NCBI GenBank assembly: GCA_964252035.1
Contig: OZ176211.1
Source of the DNA: Podarcis erhardii
Lineage: Eukaryota
DNA: 64,000 bases
Reading direction: 5' to 3' (one strand)
Made by a program: the position numbers and the translations under genes. Shown here piece by piece: positions 50,901-63,958 of the stretch. Below the pieces are notes generated by a model, which was given only the letters and a program-made list of their open reading frames with translations, searched no databases and was not told the DNA's origin. The stretch's first letter is position 1. Each line of letters begins with the position of its first letter.

Positions 50901-52636
50901 GTAATTTATTATCTCCTCCTCACAGTCTCTGTAAACACATATTATCTATGCAAAGCAGGCAGGCTGCATAAACACCATCAACATGGTAGCAGCAGGTGTA
51001 CAGGCACCATTTTTGTATTATAAATGTCATTTTGCGTTCATTCACTTTTGCCTGGTCCTCTCAAACTGATCTCACAAAGAGGAGACGGCCAGCCAATAGA
51101 CATTTCCCTTTCAGTAACAGTGAGACTGATGCTCTTAGAGGGCTGTGTGGATAGCGCCACCATACAGTTTAGACACTAGGTGGCACTGGACTTAGTTAGT
51201 TGGGTAGAATCATGAGTTTCCAGTTACTGTTCTGTTCTTGTTTAAGAGAGGCAATACAGTGCTCGCCTAGCTTCCTAATTGGTATGTCCTCAGACCTTCC
51301 ATGACAAGGGCTGAACGCAAATGACATTATGTTTCCCCACTGATTAAAGCTCCAATCCTAATGTCACTTACCTGGGAGTAAGCCCTATTGAATTACATCG
51401 GACTTACATCTGACACGGCTCGGCTTATAAGACATGAAATAGAGCTATTCTTTCAGTGTTCTAGACAAAGCTTTTCTGGTACTGAACATTTGTGAATAAA
51501 TAAGGCTGAATCACTTGTTCCAAACGCAGATATGGAACATTGTTTTTGAAACCATTTATTTTGGATCAGTTTCACCTGATTCTGCCTTCATGCAAACAGT
51601 CCAGTAATAAGCAATAAATCTCTGAGAAACTGAGCTCCTCTTGCACTATTATTAATTCCTTTCCTGAGCCATACCAGAAAACAAAACTTTGATCTCTATG
51701 CACCTGGCAAGGGCTAGCTGGGCAATTGCACTGGAAGGAATGGAGAGCTGCGGCTCCCAAGCTTTAAGCTAACTGGTTGCACTGAATCTAAGGCACAACA
51801 TCGAAATTTTGGGAGAGGAAACCAGAATTCTTCCAGGTTCTCTGAAAGTGTGCTGAAAAAATCAACTGTGTTTTCCTGCAAAATGAACACAGAAACTAGA
51901 TTATCACTCAACCAGGGTTGGCCTAAGACTTTTCCTATGTGGTGCTTCCCCAGGGACCTACAGACTAGTGGTGGAATCATATGACACCCTCCAGTTCATA
52001 TGAGGGCAGCAGCCTAGCTGAGGAAGCAGAGGGCAGGAAACACAATGAGGTGGCAGATGGTCAGGAGTTCAGGTACGAGGGCAGTGTGGTGCAAATGCAT
52101 GGGCAAAAGGAACCCAGCACTCCTGCCAGTGTTTGCACCGTGCCAGCCTCCCTGCTGCCTCACCTCTTTCCTTCTCAGTAGGCAACAATTACCCACGTGC
52201 TGGAAAGTGAGGGTAGCAGCTCTGCCCCACTTCGTGAATTGCTTTGGGGGAAAACTGACTAAGCTAAATAGCCGGTCCAAGCTAGCAACAAGCAAGCACT
52301 ACTGGCACTAAGATGCCAGCTCACGGGGACAAGAATAACTGGCAGGAATTAACTTAGGGAGTTTTCTGCTGCTACAAGATGTGGGGATTGCCACTAGCTT
52401 AGGTAGCGGCCTAACTTTTAAAAGAGACTAAAGAGACGTCATGCAGGTCTATCAAATGACTAATAGCTGTGGTAGCAAAATAGGACTTCCATGTCACTGA
52501 AAACCAGTTGCCAGGATGGGGGGCAACATCAGGCAATTGCCTTTAATGCCCTGTTTGGGAGTTTTCTAGTGGCATCTAATTGAATACAGGATAAGATGAA
52601 CTTTATGCCTGATCCATCAGGGCTCTTATATTCTTA

Positions 52637-52830
52637 TTGGGGAAGGACCATAGCTCTGTGGTACAGCCTATACTCTGCATACAGAAGGTCCCAGGTCTAA
52701 TCCTGAGCATCTCCTGGTAGGGCTGACAGTGACCCCATTCTGAAGACAGAGGGAGCTTCTGCCAATCAGTGTAGACAATACTGAACTAGATGGGTCAGTG
52801 GGGTGACACGATGTAAAACACCTTCTTGTG
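52637..52830 (+). mobile_element. tRNA-derived SINE (Squam3-like)
   Basis: ggggaaggaccatagctctgtgg...gcagaaggtcccagg...cagtgtagacaatactgaactagatgg. Confidence 0.65.
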
Positions 52831-53269
52831 CAACTAAAAAATGGGGAAGGTGAGGAAGTTGACATATCTCTTTCTGGTTTATACTTTTTGCCCTCAAACT
52901 CAGTTTGCTTTAGGCCAATTCGATAGCTGAAAGCTCCCTGGAAAAAATACGGGATAGTTCTATTTGCTTAGGAAGTAGTAGCATGAAGCACAGATTCCAG
53001 CAAAATTAGCAGTGCCTGTACCTCTGGAGCCTATGTAGACGAGGCTTCCAAATGCCACACAGTGAGTTCTTAGTAAAACTGGGATGTGAAGTCTGTGGTT
53101 CCTGGATCCTGGCCTTGACCTCAGGTCATAAGACATGTAACATCTCAACTCTCAGCACTTCCAATAAGAGAAACCACAGATTATTATGAAACTATAGTGT
53201 AATGTGAAGTTCAGTATCTAGACTCAGAAAAATATCAGTAGGTTGATGCCACTGTTACATCTGCACCAC

Positions 53270-53425
53270 CGTTATGTGGTGCATTTGTAGCAGCACACCA
53301 GACACCTTTATTTGCCCCAGCTGCAACAAAACATGTCTCTCCCGTATCAGTCTCTACAGCCGCAGCAGGTGCTGCAACCTTGCAACAGTTTGACTTCATT
53401 GTCTCCTGAGACAGACAAATGCCTG
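53270..53425 (+). mobile_element. RTE-clade LINE 3' end
   Basis: Translates PDTFICPSCNKTCLSRISLYSRSRCCN (RTE C-terminal CxxC..SRIGLYSH motif), followed by attgtctcctgagacagac. Confidence 0.75.
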
Positions 53426-55424
53426 CCCATATATCTGCATATTGGGAAAACGCAATGTACATCTAAAGATGGCCTTAAGTGATGAAGTAATCAGTAGAAG
53501 AGACACATTTCAAGTAAGCAATTTGCTCAATAAGAACACACACATCAATTTTGTCCAAATTTGGGGTGGGAGATAAAACCATGTGATTTCTAAGTCAGCA
53601 GGAAAAAGATTGCACATTGTTTCCCCCTTCCCTTAGAGGTGAGAAATTATGGGCAGACTTCATGCGGGTCAAGTGTCTTTTTGGGTCAGAGAATATATTG
53701 GGTTTTTATATTGGTCAGAGAATATATTGGGTTTTATAGAGATATATTGGGTTTTTTTTTTATAATAACATAGGTGTCTCCCCCCCCCCCCCGAGAACTG
53801 TATAATTAGAAGAGAACTTGTGCAAGTGCCGGATAAAACAATTCAGATTCCGATTATTCTGTTTTCCCAGTTCAGAGCCTCTGGAAATCTCTTAGAATCC
53901 CTCATTCCAGAAGAGACATCCAGAGGGGCCAATTTATTTTCCTTCAACAACCAGGATCAGTTTTGCCCCGCCAAAGTGAAGGAACATAAGGAGCCGCTTT
54001 ATAACAAGACAGATCCATTTATCCCTCTAGCTAATTCCTGCAGTGGTTGAAGCAATGGCAGTACTTACCTGACCTCTCATCAGCAGCAATGCTGCAATTT
54101 AGCAGGAGGGAGAGGGGCTAGGCAGCAGTGCAGTGCCAACGCACTGGCCTGGCTGCCAAATTGTCTCCGCTGATGCATTGGTTTTGCCACTGTCTTCCCC
54201 TTCCCATCCTGTTTATGTTATAAACTGTAATCCTACCACATCTGGAGAGCACAGGTTCCCCCTCTCCTTTTATACGAGTTAAGATTTTAGAAAAGAAGAA
54301 AAATCTATATATGCTAACACCTATGCCAAAAAATCAGTAAAGGTGGGATATCTGAGTTTAAAATAATTTACAGCCTAACCGGAAACACATTTGCTTAGAT
54401 GTTAATTGCCTTAAAATTCCACTGCCTTTCCGACTGAAGGATTTCAGCCCCATTCTTGGAAGTCAGCTTAATATTAAAGCTTTAGTTTTAGGCCCTAAAC
54501 AATAAATCAACAAAACACAGTTTTTAATATTCAGATTGAGGCCTGCAATCCCTCAAACACTTTCCTGGGAATAAAGCCCACTCAATGGGCCTTACTTCTC
54601 AGGAGACATGCACAGGCTCGCATTGTAAACACCTGTATGGATTCTAACCAGTCAAAGGAAACACACAGATTGCAAACCCAAATGCTTTAGGCCTTGGGAA
54701 ACACATTTTGTATGGATATTTAATATTTTAAACCTGTCTATGGGAGATAATGTATTCATGCACAGCTCTGATCTGAAAACTAGGCCTTTGGGTTTCTGCG
54801 TAAGAACAGATAATGAAAAAGTTGACAGCTCCAACAGGAATTCCTATCTCGCAACTTGTATATCCTAATTAATACATTGGCAAAGCTTCAGAATGATGGC
54901 ATACAGTATTTCCCCCTTCACTGAGAATATGTCATTGGCTGCTGCTTCATTATAGCTAGAAAACGACAACAAGCAATTTTAGGATTTCCTCCTTTCCCCT
55001 TAGCTTTCATTTTATTAAGCCGTCCTGTATAAATAAAAGATAAAATGCATTTCTTTATGTCAGGCAGCTGTTTGTGAGGATGTTGTGGCAGTTATGTCTG
55101 GGTGGGTCCAATGCACATAGCAGCCTATAAAATGGCCACAGGGCTTCTTCATGTCACTACAGTGCTAGTGCAACAAAATGGAATGGTGGCTGTTGGCACT
55201 GGTGTGTTAGCAAAACCCCAATGTGGCAGTTTTGAGCAGCCTAATTATACAGAAAATGATGCCAAGTTTGGGAGAGGGAGACCATGGCAGCTGGAGGAGC
55301 CTTTGGTGATGCCTCACTTCCAGGTTGTGGTCCTTCTGTGAGAGCTGTCACACAAAGACAACAGGGGCAACTTGATGTTCAAATGGACCCCCAGTTTATG
55401 CACGCCCTTCTTGAGAATAGAAAA

Positions 55425-55674
55425 AGAGGAAGAGGAGTTTGGATTTGATATCCCACTTTATCACTACCCGAAGGAGTCTCAAAGCGGCTAACATTCTCCA
55501 TTCCCTTCCTCCCCCACAACAAACACTCTGTGAGGTGAGTGGGGCTGAGAGACTTCAAAGAAGTATGACTAGCCCAAGGTCACCCAGCAGCTGCATGTGG
55601 AGGAGTGGGGAATTGAACCCGGTCCACCAGATTACGAGTCCACCGCTCTTAACCACTACACCACACTGGCTCTC
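55425..55674 (-). mobile_element. tRNA-derived SINE with L2-like tail (Squam2-like, tentative name)
   Basis: Paralogue of 37085-37320. Confidence 0.8.
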
Positions 55675-55719
55675 ACAACAGCCACTGTGGCTTTGCTTGG
55701 ATACTGATCTCCTCTGAGC

Positions 55720-56038
55720 CAGGGGTGGGGAACCTCTTTTAATCCAAGGACCTTCCAGGGGCCACAAGCAAAAGCAGGTGGAGCGAAAGTGTAAATTTTA
55801 CCTTGGTACAGCAAACTAGTTTCTACATGCAGACCCCCCCCCCGTCTTCCATCCAGATGAGCAAAGAGGCAGTGCCACAGTTTGAGACATTCCAGTCAGG
55901 CAAAAAACACTTGCGGGGCAAAATAGGACCAGTGAGGGATCTGAGCTTCAAGAGAATAGGGAAGAGTTCCAAGGGCCTGATAAAGAGATCTGCAGGGCCA
56001 CATTCCACCCCAGGCCTAAGTGAGGTTCCCCACTCCTG
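55720..56038. mobile_element. hAT MITE with CAGGGGTGGGGAACCT TIRs
   Basis: Ends AGGTTCCCCACTCCTG. The TSD has decayed. Confidence 0.7.
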
Positions 56039-56420
56039 TCACAAGCCACCAACATCTATTCTTATAGTTCAGCTTGCAGACTTTAGGATTATAAAAGGGT
56101 TGATGAGAGTTTAATGGGCAGAGCCAGAGTTCCCAACCACTCATACAGACTCTGTTGTCACATTCTGCCCAGGGTTAAAGGCAGTGGTTGCAATTTTGCT
56201 CTTTGCGAGATACTGAATGAACACATCGATAAGGGGAGTGTGAGTTTTTGCTTTCCAGCAGGTAGTCAAATAATCTTGCAGCATCATTAAGTTTATTTCT
56301 CCCCTTTTCTTACATGGCCTTTCAAGAATTACTTCTAATAAATATCGAAGGGATGTTTGACATTCTCCCAATGTTTTTTAAATCATTATAGTAGAGGAGG
56401 AATCTAAACATAAACGAAAA

Positions 56421-56778
56421 GAATCCGTTCCGCGAGTCTCTTCCTCTTGCGTTTTTTTCATCTTGCGAAGCAAGCCCATTAGCGGTTTAGCGGATTAGCG
56501 CTATTAGCGGCTTAGCGGATCAGCTGATAAGCGGCTTAGCGGATCAGCTGATAAGCGGCTTAGCGGATCAGCTGATAAGCGGGTTAGTGGCTTAGTGGAT
56601 CAGCTGATAAGCGGCTTAGCGGCTTAGAAAAAGGAGGGAAAAGGGAAAAAACCCCCCGCAGGAACTCACAAGACAAGCCCATAGGAAATTCGTTTTGTGA
56701 AGCACCTCCAAAACGGAAAACCCTTTCGTCTAGCGGGTTTTCCGTCTTGCGAGGCATTCGTCTTGTGGGGCACCACTG
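56421..56778. mobile_element. Family D MITE, one TIR lost, with expanded 24-bp tandem repeat
   Basis: Right end ggggCACCACTG-TA. GCGGCTTAGCGGATCAGCTGATAA occurs three times at 56507-56578, with a variant at 56587-56610. Confidence 0.88.
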
Positions 56779-57814
56779 TAAAATATTGATGCAACAAGAT
56801 GAGAGTGTGAGAGAACACTGGTTCAATGATTTTTTGGGGGGTGGCGGCGGGGTGTGTGTTTTCCATGGACTTCTGGAAGGCTAGTGCTAGTTATTAAATG
56901 TGTGAACGAAAGGCTGGACAACATGAATGCTAAGTGGCCAGCCTTTCAATGCTTCTCAGAATATTTAGAACAAGGAATTTGTATGTATGGGTTTCATCAT
57001 ACAAATGGACAACGTTTGCAGTCAATACTCAGACACATTAATGACATATACATACACTTTCTGTGTCACCATTTTATGGTATTATATTTTATAGCCAGGA
57101 TCCAAACAGTCATGCAACTATTTCCAGATGTGGTAAGGGATGTTGGGCTTGTGTTTCTCAAAGTGTGTCTTTACAGTGCCTGCCACAAATCAAGTTGTTT
57201 TTTTTAAAGAGCTTTCAAAAATGTCACAATTTATTCAAAAAATGAAGAGAGTCTATGACATTGGATCCTAAGATAAATTAGCTTAAGACAGTGCAAGGGA
57301 TGAAGTCCCCCCCCCCCACAACCATCTCCTGAGCCCTGTTGGAAAGGTGGGGAGGAAGAATAACCACTGGATCCTAAGATACGTTAACAAAGTTTATGGA
57401 AGAAAAGTTCCTCCTCTATCCGCAGCACTCTATTCTGCACTGACACACCAAAATGGCTTTTCCCCCTTTAAAGAGCACATCCCTGGCTGGGCAGCGGTAA
57501 TGATGTTGTTCCAGCCCCAAGAAGGAAGGAAGGAGAGAGATCCCTCCCTTCTCTTGACCAGTGTGCTGCCAGGAAGAAATGCCCCAGTGACCCTTGGGAA
57601 ATGTAGTTTTCCCAGCAGCAATCTCTTAACACGGACTTCCATGGAACAGAAACCGTGTTTTTTCTGTTGTTTTCAAAGAAGCAGCTTGGCTGATTTTCCA
57701 AGCCAATCTCACATGAGCTGGGAGAAAGTCATCCATGTCTCCTTATTATACTAAGAGTGAACAACAGCCTTGTAAATTGTCATAACATAAAGTTCCACTG
57801 TTTCATATGCTTAC

Positions 57815-57856
57815 CTCTCCATTGAAGAAACAGAAAATAGTTGCCACAAGTAAACC
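57815..57856 (-). CDS. CALCR: CALCR 42-nt TM7 exon GLLVATIFCFFNGE
   Basis: cttcttcttAG acceptor and GTAAGC donor. This is the hallmark 42-nt exon of class B GPCRs, found by hand (not in the ORF track). Confidence 0.95.
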
Positions 57857-58383
57857 CTAAGAAGAAGAAAAGAGAGAAAATTATTCAGACTCTTTCTTTA
57901 TCTATGCCGTGGCTGCTTAGGGTGCAAAGTAATGATACAAAATTTAATACCGCCTTCATTTCATGCTGTATAGTTGGACTCTAATGTAGCTAAAGAAAAC
58001 TGTCCTACAATTACAGCTTCTCATTTTTGAAACAGTTATATCTGCCAGGTTATATCCCCCTTACCCCCGCGTCAAAGCCATCCTCAACTAAGAGAATCAA
58101 GAAAGTGGGCGTCTTTGTGTGAGAAACATATCCACTAAATGAGAGATGGAAATCTGTGGTACATTGGTTTAAAAGCTGCTATACATTCTCAAAAAGAAAA
58201 GAAAAAAGGACCAGAAACACATCACGTATGACCCCTAAAAGACAAGCAGATCTATTGCGGCGTAAGCTTCAGTTTGTGCCAGTAGCAGCTTCACTCCTGA
58301 TTTGGAGTGTATTTTTGTCATGAACACATGTGCGTGAGGAATGGGTTAACCCCTCTCCCCAACCATCCTTAAGGACAGTAGGG

Positions 58384-58556
58384 TAGGGGCTGTAGCTCAG
58401 TGGTAGAGCATCTGCTTTGAATGCAGAAGGTCTCAGGTCCAATCCCTGGCAGCCCTGTGAGGAATTCTGGAGAGTTGCTGCCAAGCCAGTGTAGACAGCA
58501 CTGAGCTAGATGGACCAGTAGTCTGACTCAGTATCAGGCAGCTTCCTATGTGTTCC
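58384..58556 (+). mobile_element. tRNA-derived SINE (Squam3-like)
   Basis: gtaggggctgtagctcagtggtagagcatctgcttt...gcagaaggtc head, then cagtgtagacagcactgagctagatggacc...ggcagcttcctatgt tail. Confidence 0.8.
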
Positions 58557-59638
58557 TATGATCCTCATCCCCCTTGCAGCTCATATTTGAAAAAGACACC
58601 TCACAAGGCACACACAATAGTAAACTATATTGTACTACCAAAATGTGTAGTACAAGGCAATTCAATCCATGTGGCCTTGGAAGTAAACCTTATTGTGTTC
58701 AATCGAGTATTTACAGGTGTTCATCAGACTGCAGCCAGATATACTTTTCCAACACCAAAACGCAGGTCTTTCTCATTTGTGGCCCTATCCTCTCTAACGA
58801 AAGACACTTTGGGTCACACAATTTCCTCCTTTCCTGCTCTTATCCCTCTAAATTCTCTTCTCATTTGCAGTTATATAGCCATATTGTCTTTCACAAGAGG
58901 ATAACGGGGATCATGGCTTAAAGACAACGAGTTTGCTCAGATGGCCTTGAAATTTGATTTTAGTTAACTGTTCTGTAGAGGAGTTTGTCTGAGGAGAGAA
59001 AAGGAGCCTGATGTGGAGGGCAAAATGTGTCCAAAAGTGATGTTATTTCTACAAGACAGAAGGTAACAGCAGTAAATGAGTAATAAAAATACATGCACAG
59101 TAAAGAACCTTGCCATTGTACATTGTACAGGAAGGTGAAGAGAGGCCTCTGTTTATGACTTGTTTAAAAAGGTGAAATGGCATGGAATTCAGATCTGTAA
59201 ATGCTTGACAGTTTGACCCCGACACTACTGTCCTTGCTTAATTGGTAATTATATTGCAGATATTTGGTGGCGATATTATATTAAGATATTAAGGAAGATG
59301 GTGCAAAAATGCCAGACACCCACAGTGAGAAATACAGGGTGAGTCCTTTAAAAGAGGCCCCGTGGATACAGAGTACACATGTTTCACAGGGCCTCTTTTA
59401 AAAAATTCACCCTATAGCTAAACGGTTCCCATGATCTGACCACTGAACACATTTTAACGACATTTACCCCACGACAAAGCAGTGTTATTCAACAGTAGTT
59501 GTTGTCAGACCCCCACATTATGTTACAGCTAAGTTGCAGTAAATCTGCAGTCGGGACTCATACATATCTAGGGAATGACGTGTCACCATTTTCATTAGAG
59601 AAAAACCGCATTCAGATGCTAATATAAACACCTAGGGG

Positions 59639-59984
59639 CAGCGGCATAGAAAGCCTCTCATCCCTACGGGCGCCGCACCATGCTGCGTCCCCGTCCCATC
59701 CGCTCTCCACCCACTGCCTCCCCCTCAGCTGTAGGGCAGCTGAGGCCCTGGGGCACACGGTGCCCTTAGGGAGGGATGAGGCGTGGCACGGGGCCTCAGC
59801 CGCTCTACAGCTGGGGGGAGGCAGTGGGCGGACAGCACAGATCCTGCGGGCGCCTGAGACGCGTGGCTCAGGCACACCGCAGGCCTTGCAGTGAGTACTG
59901 CCCACCATTTTGTCACCCCCGACCAGGTGAAATCTGGGGTGAGCCACCCCCTGCACCCCCCGCACCCCCCTTCCTACGCCCCTG
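59639..59984. mobile_element. GC-rich hAT-type MITE
   Basis: Imperfect TIRs CAGCGGCATAGAAAG / CTTCCTACGCCCCTG and 8-bp flanks CCTAGGGG / CCTAGGGC. Confidence 0.75.
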
Positions 59985-60316
59985 CCTAGGGCAGAATTGG
60001 GATTGTGAGCACCCAACTTCCATGCATGCACTAACATCCACATTATAATGGAATTATAGCAGCACATGCAATCCCTTTTCCGCCAAGGTTTGTACTTGTT
60101 CATTCAGTGATAAACTATGGTTTGTCATTACATTTGGCTTGGGCTAAAGTATATGAAATGGTCTGAATGTTCTAAACCACCATATAAAGACTGTGCCTTA
60201 TTACTTAGTTTAAGTTGCCCAGCTTGTATTGCATTTCACTTATTTAAGTCAATAGCAATAATTGCTAATAAATCCTAATTAACGAGGATTTAATTCATTA
60301 ATATATAAATTTGTTT

Positions 60317-60400
60317 GGGAATGGGCCATGGCTCAGTAGTAGAGTACATGCTTTGCATGTGGAAAGTTCCAGGATCAATCCCTGGCATCTCAGGTAGCAA
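60317..60400 (+). mobile_element. tRNA-derived SINE head (Squam3-like)
   Basis: gggaatgggccatggctcagtagtagagtacatgctttgcatgtggaaagttccaggatcaatccctggcatc. Confidence 0.65.
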
Positions 60401-61884
60401 GCAGAAGTGGCTTGCCAGGCAGGCAGATCTTTCTCATCTCCTGCTCTCAGAGGCAGCTTGCCAGGTGAGACCGGGCTGCTTATGCTGGCTTCGCAGCAGG
60501 TAGATCACTGTTGCTTATCCGAAGGGGGAGGAATGAGCTGGTGTAGAGTTTGCTGCAGTACAAACACCTGCACAGCCAATCTGGCACTCCTGCTGGTGCG
60601 TTTGCATCATGCTGACTTCCTTGTTGCCCCTCCCAATAACCAGTAGTGACCCACCTGCTGTGAAGCTAGCATAAGCAGCTCGGCCTCACCTGATGAGCTG
60701 CTTCTGACAGTAGCTGAGGAGAAAGATGTCTAATTAAGCAATAGTAGGCTAGACGGACAAATAGTCTGGCCTGTTACAAAGGCAGCTTCCTGTGCCTTAA
60801 TTAATATATACCATTATTTATCTGTAATGTAATCTAATGAAGAAACAGGGTTGGGCGAATCTGTTAATTTTGATTTCTCTCAGGTGTCTTGTTTTCCAAT
60901 CTTGAGTTCAGTCTTCCACATTTCTATATCTGTATCTAATTAAATACCTGTCTCTGAGTAATGCAGCACTTCACTTACTTTGTTTTTGCTTATTCTTGTT
61001 AAGTACCACCTGTGTAACTGCAGATAGATGGAGCAATCTATTTCCAACCCACACCAATTTCACATGTTTGTTCATTTGTATGTTCTTTTCAGTTTCTACA
61101 GTAATCATTTTTTTCCTGCACAAATAAATTCTATTTTATCACAAAATGCCAATGAAGTGCATATTTTATCTCAATATTTGTGTTTCTAAATGTGTTTTAT
61201 CTTAAAATATGCATTTTTCAAAAACCACATTATGGGGACCATTTTTCAAGGAAGAATTTTGTATCACAAAATACAGAGAAGGGCAGAATCCTAAGGAGAA
61301 TTATGTTCCCATCTCCACACACATCAGGGAGGTAGAGATCTGGTCAGTTTGCATCAAGATTAACAAAAACAGAACTTCTCAAGCCTCCTAACGTGGAGCT
61401 ATAGGATTTGATCTGGGTATAGAGAGGTGGATCTCAGACCACTTTGTTTTTACCACTTATTTTTAAGCTGTCCACTTTCTTCATATGGCAATTTTGCCCC
61501 ATTTGTTGCAACAAAACTAGCTCATGCTACTAAAGCATTTATGAGCTTACCGAACAGTGAGGCAGGATCCTCATCAAATGCTCTGACTGAAACTGCTATG
61601 TGATAAGGACAATCTCCTAAAGAGGGCAGATGATGTAAAGAGCTAGAGATGAATTGACTCTCATAGTTCAGAGCCACTTCTAGTATGGGAAACCTGGTAG
61701 GGGATACTTCATGGTGTTATTTTCCAGATGAGGATGTTATTCTGCAGAGAAAGCGCTATTACATTTCTAAATGGCAACAGGCAGTCTCTATTTCAGCCCC
61801 TTGTAGCTTCTTTGTTAACTCGGGAGACCATCAGGATAGCAAGTTACAAGCAATTTCCCTTAATTTAATGGGGGTTTTTTTGTA

Positions 61885-62110
61885 CAGTGGTACCTCGGGT
61901 TAAGTACTTAATTCGTTCTGGAGGTCTGTTCTTAACCTGAAACTGTTCTTAACCTGAAGCACTACTTCAGCTAATGGGGCCTCCTGCTGCTGCCGTGCTG
62001 CCGGAGCCTGATTTCTGTTCTCATCCTGAAGCAAAGTTCTTAACCTGAAGCACTATTTCTGGGTTAGCGGAGTGTGTAACCTGAAGCGTATGTAACCCGA
62101 GGTACCACTA
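61885..62110. mobile_element. Tigger-like MITE, family A
   Basis: TA-CAGTGGTACCTCGGGTTA...TAACCCGAGGTACCACTA-TA. Reverse-orientation sibling of 2366-2591. Confidence 0.88.
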
Positions 62111-62368
62111 TATGTTGTTTTCACTAAGATAGGTATTTTTGTGTGCACTTTGACTTAATACTTGGTGTGCATTGCTTGGTTGGTGAACTGCACCACAAAA
62201 TTCAGAGAAGTACACATTGAAAAGGGATGCTTGTGATTCAGTTCACATGCCGGTTCAAGCAAATGCAAATTGGGTAGATATCCGAACAAATTTCTCCCCC
62301 ATTTTTACATACCTAACTAAAAAAATAACAACCACAACATAAAAACCATAGTGTTACCAGACCCATAC

Positions 62369-62587
62369 CTGGTAATGCATTAATATATGCATGATGTAAT
62401 CATATACTTCGCCCGCAAGCTTGTTTTCTGGCCTCCATGGAATAATGACAAACTGAATTCCTAATAAGGGCACAAGGATTAAAGTGGCTCTGACAGCTTT
62501 CATGTACATGTTGGACTCGGCGCGATGAGTGTCTCTTAGCTTGGTTACTAGAACTCGCACAATGTTAAGCAAAAAGAAAAAATTGAC
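62369..62587 (-). CDS. CALCR: CALCR TM5-ICL3-TM6-ECL3-TM7 exon [17 protein letters not shown]...ILMHYQ
   Basis: ttcttacAG acceptor, GTATGG donor, 219 nt (73 codons). Calcitonin-receptor family motif [19 protein letters not shown] rather than CALCRL is inferred from the tail-to-tail synteny with VPS50. Confidence 0.93.
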
Positions 62588-63958
62588 CTGTAAGAACAAA
62601 TGCTTTATTAATCAACCATCATTTTAGATTTATTTTATTTACAAAAAACTTGTAAAACATTAAAATATCACGCACACATATATTTTGTTTCCACAGATAT
62701 TTTGAAACGAGATCAATTGAAATTGCATTACATGAAAACAGTGCATAACTCATATCACTGATATGTAAAATTAAATGGAATCAAACATGAAGCTGACCCT
62801 CTGGAACTTTGTAAAAATAAATAATAAGACTAGAGCTGGGAGCAAGGGAAAATAACATGGACCAATGGTCCAGTTTCCTAGGTCACATATTTTAGGACTC
62901 GGCACATTGTATTCTCAGGATCAGACTGGGTTTATGACCTGTAAGATATTATCGGCATCCCTGAACTGGATGCTCCCTAATCCCTGTCGACTGATCACTG
63001 GGGAATAGCCAACAGGAGCAGTAGAGCATCTGGTTCAGGATGAATCCTCCTTGGTTAGATGAAGGTGAAAAATGTTGCTGACTGTCTAAATGCAGGTAAC
63101 GTAGAACTAACAACTGGGTGTGTTTAGCAGGGGATAGTCCCCAGTCAAAGAGGCCAAAGGCTGTAAGGAGGCAAGGCACATGCTGGTGCCTTCCAGAAGT
63201 CATCGGACTACAAATCCCATAACACCCGTGCACTGGCTATGCTAGCTGGGTTGACTGGAATTGTAGTTCTAGGTATCTGGGGAGCACAAGGCTGAGGAAG
63301 GCTGCAATAGAGACATCTGGAGAAGAAAACCATGTAGAGACAGGTGCTTTGCCACCCTCTCCAATATTCAGAAGGAATAAATTGTTCTCGTTTTTCCTGT
63401 TTTTTTTTTTTTTTGAAAATAACACTGTTTAAAAATGTTCCTTTCCCTGCTCCACACCATGTTATCTGAAGTGTCTTTCTGAAGCTCTCTGCTAAAAGTG
63501 CTGCACTTAATCACAGATACATTAGAAACTAAAACACATATATAGAAACCAGAGAACAAATGTACACCTTTTCCCCTTTCAGCACTGAAACAATGCTTAG
63601 GCATGTGTGTGTGCTGTGGGGGCGATTATAATTTTATAGTCTTTAAGTTGCTGAGGAATGCTCGTAATTGGTGCTTATTCAAAAAAACATGCCACCTTAG
63701 GGGCAAACTACTTGTGACACTAGAAATGTCATTTGCAGTTGAGTAATTTCATTTTCTAACATTAATTAGCGGGGTGTGTGTGTGTGCGCACGCGTGCGCG
63801 CAATTGGAGCGAATCAGGACAACAGTTCATGGGAAGGAAGACACAAGCTTTCTGGTGTAATTGTTCCAACTAAAATTACCCTCTGCTATTTGGCATGGGA
63901 TGGTTGCTCCCCCAGCACCAAAAATTCCTTTTCGAACAGCTACACATTTAGTCCCTAA

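Noticed and set aside
54062-54071. TACTTACCTG matching the U1 snRNA 5' end
   Set aside because: The similarity stops after 10 nt.
56507-56610. Regularly spaced repeats superficially like a CRISPR array
   Set aside because: This is a eukaryotic locus and the units are head-to-tail with no unique spacers.
58384-58456. tRNA-like sequences here and at 21121, 52637, 60317 and 63959
   Set aside because: The acceptor and T stems are broken and the sequences continue into a shared SINE body, so they are not tRNA genes.
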